43,393 nt of DNA from a virus, in the IMG/VR virus record IMGVR_UViG_3300045988_070547, positions 1-43,393 of that record; one strand, 5' to 3'. Shown here one piece after another: positions 1 through 6,658 of the stretch. The notes below the pieces were generated by a model. It ran no database searches. It had not been told where the DNA came from and was given only the letters and a program-made list of their open reading frames with translations. Numbering within the stretch: the stretch's first letter is position 1; the number at the start of each line of letters is the position of its first letter. Both the position numbers and the translations under genes were made by a program.

Positions 1-119
1 GGTTGATGAAGGTGCTTCACCACTACTGCGTCAGCAGAACCACCTGTGCTACCGGCGCCGTATGAGTTACCGGAAGCAAGAAGGAACGTGTCTTGAATCC
101 GTTCCCACGACCCACCAAA
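1..119. repeat. Left copy of the 119-bp end overlap (identical to 43275-43393)
   Basis: Direct comparison of ggttgatgaaggtgcttcacc...cccaccaaa at both ends. Lies inside a CDS. Confidence 0.95.
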
Positions 120-242
120 CAAAGTTGATGGGTCTGTGGAATTCACGCTCATATAGATTGAGCCTACTGGATAGCACTCTTTCCAAATCCTACCCTTCAT
201 AAGCTCAAATACCTTTTTTAAACCAACGTCGTCTAGTTTCAT
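1..242 (-). CDS. Tail-fibre tip-domain protein, 5' part (157 aa in total; continues at 43274..43043 across the circular junction)
   Basis: ATG at 242 with GGAG 6 nt upstream. My translation is MKLDDVGLKKVFELMKGRIWKECYPVGSIYMSVNSTDPSTLFGGSWERIQDTF..., which joins in frame to the 43043-43297 ORF. The YPVGS(I/V)YM...FGG(S/T)W motif is shared with the C-terminus of the 451-aa fibre. Confidence 0.75.
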   Translation of the reverse strand, partial: MKLDDVGLKKVFELMKGRIWKECYPVGSIYMSVNSTDPSTLFGGSWERIQDTFLLASGNSYGAGSTGGSADAVVVKHLHQ

Positions 243-252
243 AGGCTATCTC

Positions 253-1116
253 CTAACCGAATACCTGTGTAAAGATACTCTCAATCGTTGCGTTCGAAAT
301 TGGTGAATCTGCTGTTCCTACGGCTGGCAAGCTTGCTCTCGTCACCGTGATTACACCGTCCGTTTCCGATACAGACGATACATATTTTCCCTCTTCGGCG
401 GTATCGCTGTAATCAAGCTTGTTAATGGCATTGACTATATGAGAAGCACTCGTCTGAGCGGTAATAAAACCAATGTCATTTGTGATGTCGGAAACCTTTG
501 TCGGAATCTCCGTTTTCTTTGCGTACGGTGTGAGGTCAATATCGGTTGTGCCGATTTTCTCATACCGTGCCGCTGTGCTACCGTCTGCCGGAAGGAAGAT
601 GTATTCATCATACACGTTGTTGGTTGTGCTACCGCTGTGAGCTACAAGGTAGACAACACCCTTCTTTCCTTCGCTGGTTGATGGAAGGGAATCAACAACC
701 TTGTACTCGAACGATGTGATTTTGCCGACTGCTTCGCTAATCTTTTGGTCTACGCCGTGCGAGGAAATTGCCATGTTGCTTTCAATCGATTTTAAGTAAG
801 CTCTATCCCATGCATATAAGAATCTATTTCGGGTCGCGCTGATTTTTCCATCCTTCTGAGTGACATTGCTTATGTAGAAAGTTGGCTCCTCCTGGTCATT
901 GCTGTTTATGGGTCCGTCATAATCCAGCTTTCCAAGTTCAGTGCCAATCTTGGTATCAACTTCGGTCGCATTTTGATACTGACTGTCATTTGTAAGCTGT
1001 GATACCTTCGTTGGAATAGCCGTAATTTCTGCCTTCTTTGCCAAGAGAGACTTAATCTTTGTGAGAATTTGTGTTACACCGGCATTGTCTAAGTATGTTG
1101 CCATAATTACCCCCAT
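253..1116 (-). CDS. Tail fibre-like structural protein
   Basis: 287-aa ORF. An alternative ATG at 1104 (MATYLDNAGV...) has a G-rich SD. Carries two copies of the phage-fibre motif IPTKVS(Q/D)(L/I)TND. Lies in the tail module. Confidence 0.65.
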   Translation of the reverse strand: MGVIMATYLDNAGVTQILTKIKSLLAKKAEITAIPTKVSQLTNDSQYQNATEVDTKIGTELGKLDYDGPINSNDQEEPTFYISNVTQKDGKISATRNRFLYAWDRAYLKSIESNMAISSHGVDQKISEAVGKITSFEYKVVDSLPSTSEGKKGVVYLVAHSGSTTNNVYDEYIFLPADGSTAARYEKIGTTDIDLTPYAKKTEIPTKVSDITNDIGFITAQTSASHIVNAINKLDYSDTAEEGKYVSSVSETDGVITVTRASLPAVGTADSPISNATIESIFTQVFG

Positions 1117-1352
1117 TAATCGTTAAATAGATTGTTCAATAGAGACGTTATTTCATCTTCGGGTATTGGAGAAGAACCGTCTCCTTGAACTATAGTTGTA
1201 TTGTTCGTGTAGAAGTTTTTTACTTCATTAACTGTCGTTTCCTTGGTGTCCGTGTTAGCCACTTCGTCTAACGCTCTTTGAACAGACTCCTTTAGTGATT
1301 GAAGCCTCTTCTCTCCGTCTATGTTCGGGTTGTGGTCATAATCGATTATCAC
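1116..1352 (-). CDS. Hypothetical small tail-module protein (78 aa)
   Basis: ORF coupled to both neighbours by 1-4 nt overlaps. No recognisable motif. Confidence 0.5.
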   Translation of the reverse strand: MIIDYDHNPNIDGEKRLQSLKESVQRALDEVANTDTKETTVNEVKNFYTNNTTIVQGDGSSPIPEDEITSLLNNLFND

Positions 1353-3352
1353 TGCTTAACCACTCTTGAAGAACCTTGTCTGTATTTCCGTGTGAAAGAA
1401 TCAATTCGACAACGACCGACACCAGTTAGCCGTACATAGAACCTCGAACATCTTCTTGGAACAATCGGTACATGAACCGAAAGTTCATTCTCTGCGGAAA
1501 TCTCCTTTATGGTCTCCCATTTACAATCACCCAGCTTCAATGCGTTCATTGCAATCTCTACCTTAAGAGTTGCTGTGCTTGGTAGCTGCACTCTCATCTG
1601 TAGCTTGGAATATATCTTCTGATTCTCGATGTATTCATCGAAAGGTCCGAATGTGACACCCCATTGAATAGGCTCATCATTCTTCACTGGTTCTATGTCA
1701 AAATCTTCGGCATCCAGTACGAGAACATTCTTCTGTGCGTTATCCACCATCAGGAGTTTGTTCTTGTAGTTTCGGAAGCAATGCACACCGACCGTATCCT
1801 CGATATGCCAAAGTCCTGTGCCAGTATCACAAACGAGAATCTTATAGCCACCGCCCTTCATGTGGATTGAAGCGTAGTATTTCTTATGACGAGATCCCGA
1901 TACGACATTATCGTACTTCCAATCACCGAACTTTTCGCTAATGCTGTATGGGTTTCCCCCTTCATAGCACATAATCCCAACAGGCGACTTGTAGAAAATC
2001 ATATTATTCACCGTTGCTATAGATTCGCTCGAACCTTCCTCGACTCCAAACCCCTCGATGATAGATGTTTGGAATGATGAAGGCGCTGAACCGTAAACTC
2101 TGTGAATGAAGTTCTCTTTGAAGAACAAAAGGTGAGACGAGTACACGGCGCACCCTGTCCAATTACCGTTCGTTCCTTGCTGTGCATAGTAGGAATCCAT
2201 GCTTGTGTTCTGATAATAATCCCATGACATAGGGTCTCCCAGTTTGCTGGCATAAATCGTATTATCCTTGTTGCTCACTCCCCATAGGCGATTATTCCAC
2301 TCCATGAAGAAGTCGAGTTCAGGAACGACACGCTCAATCTTTAAATGCCCTGCAAAGAACCCTGTGTACTTGCTGTTCATCAGTGTACTTGCCGAACACG
2401 GAGTAATGTATGCACTCACCGATGAGAACTCATCTTTGCTGAACTTGATGAATATTCCCTCATACGTGCCTTTTGTGCCGAGAGCCACGGAATTGTCGAA
2501 TAAATCCCCTGTTTTGCCGTCGTCTGCCGTGTAGTTGAATGTTGGAATAGGGATATCCCCCATCTTCAGTACATCAAGCACGGTAACGGGAATCTGTGGT
2601 GCTGTGAAGTTTCCGCTATCATCCGCAAGGACTCCATCGTGTCCTTCAGAAGCCACAACCTTTTGGTTGTTCAGTCCGACAAATTCTCCCGATAATCTGA
2701 CAACATCCCCAATCCGCAACATGCTCTTAATTTCTGAGAACTTGTCATTGAAGATTTGTCCTGCCGCATACTTCTGTCCCCTTGCGGAAACCATCAAATA
2801 TAGGTGTTCCTGGTCGTTTGGGTCAATCAATACACGCCCTATCCACTCCACGCTATAGTCGTGACCCATGTAATCGGATGAAGGGCCTTCGATGCCGTCA
2901 AGATTATCTTCATGTACGTTCTGATGGAAGTACCCAAGTGAGCCGAAATCCTTTGTGCCGACGTTGAACCACTGCTTTGATGGGAAGAAGCAAATGTAAT
3001 TGTTCACCGCAACCATCTTTTCTTTAGCTGTTAAGTCTATGTCGTACATAGTTCCGTCATACCAAAACCGCCAAACACCATCAGTGGTAGCACCTACAAC
3101 AGCAAGCTTTGTTCTTGAATCCGTTGGGTCTCTACGTTCCATAAGGTCTTGAACCTTTGTACAATCAGTCGGAATCTCTGAAAACAAGCCGCGTGCTTTT
3201 CTCTGAGTGAGCGTTGGGTACAAGTCGCATGACATGTTCAGCATATCTGCCATTTCCCCCGACTCTACGGAAGCTTTTCTATTCAGCCCCTTAAACTCTA
3301 TAACACGCTCTTCAAGCGGTGACGGCTTATTCTGTAATGCTTGTAGTGGCAT
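1349..3352 (-). CDS. Large tail protein, possibly nozzle/tail-tubular-like (beta-propeller-like repeats)
   Basis: 667-aa ORF with GGGGGTG SD, directly downstream of the adaptor. Recurrent blade-like strands (NRLWGVSNKDNTIYASKLGDPMSW, HLLFFKENFIHRVYGS, MIFYKSPVGIMCYEGG, YKILVCDTGTGLWHIED). Function inferred from position only. Confidence 0.4.
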   Translation of the reverse strand: MPLQALQNKPSPLEERVIEFKGLNRKASVESGEMADMLNMSCDLYPTLTQRKARGLFSEIPTDCTKVQDLMERRDPTDSRTKLAVVGATTDGVWRFWYDGTMYDIDLTAKEKMVAVNNYICFFPSKQWFNVGTKDFGSLGYFHQNVHEDNLDGIEGPSSDYMGHDYSVEWIGRVLIDPNDQEHLYLMVSARGQKYAAGQIFNDKFSEIKSMLRIGDVVRLSGEFVGLNNQKVVASEGHDGVLADDSGNFTAPQIPVTVLDVLKMGDIPIPTFNYTADDGKTGDLFDNSVALGTKGTYEGIFIKFSKDEFSSVSAYITPCSASTLMNSKYTGFFAGHLKIERVVPELDFFMEWNNRLWGVSNKDNTIYASKLGDPMSWDYYQNTSMDSYYAQQGTNGNWTGCAVYSSHLLFFKENFIHRVYGSAPSSFQTSIIEGFGVEEGSSESIATVNNMIFYKSPVGIMCYEGGNPYSISEKFGDWKYDNVVSGSRHKKYYASIHMKGGGYKILVCDTGTGLWHIEDTVGVHCFRNYKNKLLMVDNAQKNVLVLDAEDFDIEPVKNDEPIQWGVTFGPFDEYIENQKIYSKLQMRVQLPSTATLKVEIAMNALKLGDCKWETIKEISAENELSVHVPIVPRRCSRFYVRLTGVGRCRIDSFTRKYRQGSSRVVKQ

Positions 3353-3366
3353 TGCCTACACCCCCT

Positions 3367-3729
3367 TTAAAACACGTTTATAAAGCGTTTAGGGCTTCTT
3401 TTGTGATATGCCCTAGTTCTGACTGACCAATCCGCAAAATCCCTGAAATCGGCGATATGCTGTGCTTGGTCGTTCTCGTAATTCTCGTACTCTTCAAGGA
3501 CATAATCTATCCTTGCTTTAAGGTATGATATATAGAGCTTGTCATATGGCGGTTTAACCAAAAGGTCTTTATCCATGTCCAGCTTCAAGTCGTAGCTTGT
3601 AACCGGCACAATTTCCATTTGGTCTTGCACCTCTGCTTCAATCTCGTTGATATATCCCAAGAGCATTTCATCACTGAAAGAATTCGGCTTCTCCGTCTTA
3701 ATTAAATTCAGAAGGTCTTTTACTTTCAT
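3367..3729 (-). CDS. Head-tail adaptor (gp6-like connector family, tentative)
   Basis: ATG 3729 with AAAGGAG SD (120 aa). The longer track ORF start has no SD. Small acidic helical protein after the capsid genes, with LLGYINEIEAEVQ-type N-terminus. Confidence 0.5.
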   Translation of the reverse strand: MKVKDLLNLIKTEKPNSFSDEMLLGYINEIEAEVQDQMEIVPVTSYDLKLDMDKDLLVKPPYDKLYISYLKARIDYVLEEYENYENDQAQHIADFRDFADWSVRTRAYHKRSPKRFINVF

Positions 3730-3782
3730 TTCTGCTCCTTTACAAAAAGGGGAAACAGAAGTTTCTGCTTCCCCCATCGCGT

Positions 3783-4079
3783 TTACACTTCACCGTAGTT
3801 TTTTGATGTCATTTCTTTCTGTTTCTGCATTGCTACCATCATCTGCTTGTCGGAATTCCTAAGAACTTCTGCCACGCACAATGGCACCTCTACAGGCTCT
3901 CCGCGCTTAATCTGATAGTCCTTCATGTTGACACCGACGTACACGCTGTCACCCATGCCCTCGATAACAGGAAGCTGAATTACTACGGTTTTTGGTTTTG
4001 CTTCTGCTTTATCAGAAGTTTTTTCTGCTACAGCAGATTCTACCTCTGCTTTTGCAGCTTCTTTTTTTGCTCTTGCCAT
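3783..4079 (-). CDS. Hypothetical head-associated protein (98 aa)
   Basis: Strong SD (GAAGGAG). Immediately downstream of the capsid gene. Lys/Ala/Glu-rich N-terminus. Confidence 0.5.
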   Translation of the reverse strand: MARAKKEAAKAEVESAVAEKTSDKAEAKPKTVVIQLPVIEGMGDSVYVGVNMKDYQIKRGEPVEVPLCVAEVLRNSDKQMMVAMQKQKEMTSKNYGEV

Positions 4080-4105
4080 ATTAACTCCTTCGTTAATGCT
4101 TGGCT

Positions 4106-5098
4106 TTAGTTGGACACGTCCTCTGCCCCGGTGCAGGTGTGCTCGATTCTTACCATTCTGAAATCGTCAAGAATCGTTGCTGTCTTGTTCAGCTTCCAAC
4201 CCATTGTTGCTCTCTGATTCAGTGGGTCCGCAGTTCCGCCCGAGCCAAGCTGTTTAGTAATAGTTTCGATTCCACCACCGTTAATGGAAGTGATACCGTA
4301 TGCATCCGCACCGAGTACGAGGGTAGCATATACAGGTACGGTTGCTCCTGCATCTTCCTTGCTCCAAATCTTCGCCTCGGTAGACTCTACAAAGCGCACT
4401 CCGTACATGTGACCGATTTCTCCGTTGAAAATCTTCTCGGAAGTTGTGTACTTCTGAGCCTCAATCCATTCAGGGTCATTCATCAGGTCGTATGCGGTAT
4501 CGGTGTGAACGATTGCTACATAACTGTCACCAATCTTCGGTGCATTGTGTCTTTTCAGCCAACGAACCGCCTTCTTGATATCCGCAATTTTCAGCGTGTC
4601 TGTTGCCTTAATCTCCGTTCTCGTAGTAGCCTCACCAGCGAAAAGCGCCTTAGTTCCAGCACAGAGAATATCTCTTGTGATGGTATCAGAAGTTCTTCCT
4701 GCCTGAGAACCGAGCAGTTTCAGAGTCTCTGCTGTCACCTGGTCAAATGCGGTAAGGTTCAGCATATCGGAAGTGGTAACATATCCGCCGTACTGCTTAA
4801 TTTCAGCCTCCAGCTTTGTTACATTCAGGCTCTGTCCATCAGGGGTTACACCCTCGGTCAGTGGCTTCTTGTCCATCTTCGGCAGGCTAGAGAACTTTCT
4901 GAACTCAATTTTCTTGCCGTTGCCTCCCGGAATAGGTCTCTTCTGACCGAACTGATCGTGCACCAGTTCAGGCTCTGCCGCACGAATCAGAACCTTGTCA
5001 TAGAAGGTTTTCATTTCAGGGGACAAGTCGTTTCCGCTTGTAGTTGCAGTGGTAACATTGGTGTTCAAATCGAACAGGTTAAAAACGTACTTAAACAT
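4106..5098 (-). CDS. Major capsid protein (HK97 fold, tentative)
   Basis: ATG 5098 with GGAG SD (330 aa). Follows a scaffold-like ORF. C-terminal ...LGSGGTADPLNQRATMGWKLNKTATILDDF... reads like HK97-type MCPs. No TTA/CTA/TCA codons in frame. Confidence 0.8.
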   Translation of the reverse strand: MFKYVFNLFDLNTNVTTATTSGNDLSPEMKTFYDKVLIRAAEPELVHDQFGQKRPIPGGNGKKIEFRKFSSLPKMDKKPLTEGVTPDGQSLNVTKLEAEIKQYGGYVTTSDMLNLTAFDQVTAETLKLLGSQAGRTSDTITRDILCAGTKALFAGEATTRTEIKATDTLKIADIKKAVRWLKRHNAPKIGDSYVAIVHTDTAYDLMNDPEWIEAQKYTTSEKIFNGEIGHMYGVRFVESTEAKIWSKEDAGATVPVYATLVLGADAYGITSINGGGIETITKQLGSGGTADPLNQRATMGWKLNKTATILDDFRMVRIEHTCTGAEDVSN

Positions 5099-5150
5099 AT
5101 TCTTTTGCTCCTTCTGTATTCTTGTATATCTCGATACAGACAAGAGAGCT

Positions 5151-6104
5151 TTAGAACGAGAATGTTTTACCATTCTCCACATCTTTCAGAATCTTGTCCA
5201 TATCTTCATTCGTGAACTCTGAAGGATTTACCTTTCTTGTTACTGCCGGTTGGTGTTTCAGACCATTCTCAACAGGTCGTGATTGTCTCTGTTGAATCTG
5301 ATTCACTACATCCTGTTTTGCACTTCTTGTAGACTCTTCCGTGAGTCCTTTCAGAATGTCTTGTGTGTGTGTAGCTACAAAGGCGTCGATTACGGAAATG
5401 CCGTTTTCGATTAAGTCTGTGAACTTCGGGTTGTAGTTCATTTCTTGCTCAAGGTCAAAGTTTGGGAACGATTCTCTAAGCTCGTCAGCCTCCGCATTCC
5501 ATGCGGTCATTTGTTCCGCTTTCTTCGCCTCTGCCTTGTACTCTGACAAAGCACGTTGGTTTTTTTCCAATTCTTCTTGTAGCCGCAGATTCTCTCTGTA
5601 TTGGTCGGGAGTGATACCCTTTTCACGGGCGGCGTCCTCAATCCAATCATCATCACTGTTAATGGCTTCGGTTAATCCCTCGATATCGCCCCGTTCGAGT
5701 CCGTAATGTCTCATAAGCGGTGCTAATGCGTCTTCGTAGCTGTCAACTCTCTCCTGTGCACTGGATTGATTTTTAAACCGCTTGTCGATGGCATCCGATA
5801 CCGCTTTTCCGTAAAGGTCGTGAAATCTGCCGTTCTTGCCGACTAACTCCGCAAACTCTTCTTCAGGGCTAATTTCTTCTTGACTTTCAGATTCAGACGC
5901 GCTGTTATCCGATGCCTCCGTGTCTATTCCGTATGCAACTTCCGGCGACTCCGTAGTATCGTTGTTATCAGTCCGCTCCCCACCGCCAAGTGAAGCGAGG
6001 AATTCGTCTGCTTCTGCTCCCAGTCCGCTCTGACTTCCTGATGAAGCGTTGCCTTCTCCACCTTCTCCGTCAAAAAGTGACCAGTAAAATTTGAATTTTG
6101 TCAT
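5151..6104 (-). CDS. Scaffolding protein
   Basis: 317-aa very acidic, helix-prone protein between the protease-like gene and the MCP. The N-terminus shares an LFD motif with the MCP. Confidence 0.6.
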   Translation of the reverse strand: MTKFKFYWSLFDGEGGEGNASSGSQSGLGAEADEFLASLGGGERTDNNDTTESPEVAYGIDTEASDNSASESESQEEISPEEEFAELVGKNGRFHDLYGKAVSDAIDKRFKNQSSAQERVDSYEDALAPLMRHYGLERGDIEGLTEAINSDDDWIEDAAREKGITPDQYRENLRLQEELEKNQRALSEYKAEAKKAEQMTAWNAEADELRESFPNFDLEQEMNYNPKFTDLIENGISVIDAFVATHTQDILKGLTEESTRSAKQDVVNQIQQRQSRPVENGLKHQPAVTRKVNPSEFTNEDMDKILKDVENGKTFSF

Positions 6105-6199
6105 ACTTTATTTCCTTTCTGTCTTTTATAGAGTGACGAACTCTTAATTTCTGACAATGTTATTTTATATAACACTCTTTCCTGTCGCTCCCCTTTTCA

Positions 6200-6235
6200 G
6201 AGCAAAGGAAAAGCCCCAGTCCGTTAAGACTGAGG
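6200..6235 (-). terminator. Intrinsic-terminator-like hairpin in the Prp-scaffold spacer
   Basis: Minus strand CCTCAGTC-TTAACG-GACTGGGG (8 bp, one G.U) followed by CTTTTCCTTTGCTC. Confidence 0.4.
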
Positions 6236-6333
6236 TTATCCCATGGCGATTTAGGTTATGAATTTGGAATATGAAAAAATCAGGAAATAAGTTAAAGGTG
6301 TATCCATCCGTAACTAATTTAACTTACAACTCT

Positions 6334-6362
6334 ATTATATCACACGGGTTTCTGTTTGTCTC
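6334..6362 (-). promoter_or_regulatory. Extended -10 promoter-like element (GAGACA-N14-TGA-TATAAT)
   Basis: Minus strand reads gagacaaacagaaacccgtgTGaTATAAT, straddling the stop of the Prp-like gene. Same architecture as the plus-strand element at 13074-13102. Confidence 0.4.
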
Positions 6363-6657
6363 AATAATTAAAGTCGTCTACCCCGATTAATTTTACTCCG
6401 TTGTATTGTGACCTAAGTTCTACAAAGGTCGCCCACACGGCATGGAATACCGCTAGAACGCTTTCAGCGTACTTGTGAGCTACGATAATGACGTGACCTG
6501 GTTCATATACCTTTGGAATAATTCCGTGCGGCAAAACGGCGCTTACAAGCACGTTGCACAATGTGGAATACATAATGCACTCGTCGTGACTGTTCGCATG
6601 GTTCACACACTCAAAGAAAATATCATCTTCCGACACGGTGAGTTTTACAGTTGTCAT
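6361..6657 (-). CDS. Prp-like cysteine protease (ribosomal-processing protease family, DUF464-like)
   Basis: 98 aa. The ...ECVNHANSHDECIMYSTLCNVLVSAV... segment matches the GHA...D.VCAAVS core pattern of Prp. Sits between portal and scaffold. ATG overlaps the portal stop region. Confidence 0.55.
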   Translation of the reverse strand: MTTVKLTVSEDDIFFECVNHANSHDECIMYSTLCNVLVSAVLPHGIIPKVYEPGHVIIVAHKYAESVLAVFHAVWATFVELRSQYNGVKLIGVDDFNY

Positions 6658-6658
6658 G

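Noticed and set aside
4100-5215. A 371-codon plus-strand ORF exactly antisense to the major capsid gene, longer than the capsid ORF itself.
   Set aside because: It is in the same triplet register as the capsid gene, so its stops would correspond to sense TTA/CTA/TCA codons. The highly expressed capsid gene simply avoids those codons. The product is Cys/Leu/Ser/Arg-rich nonsense with no SD, so this is a codon-bias artefact.
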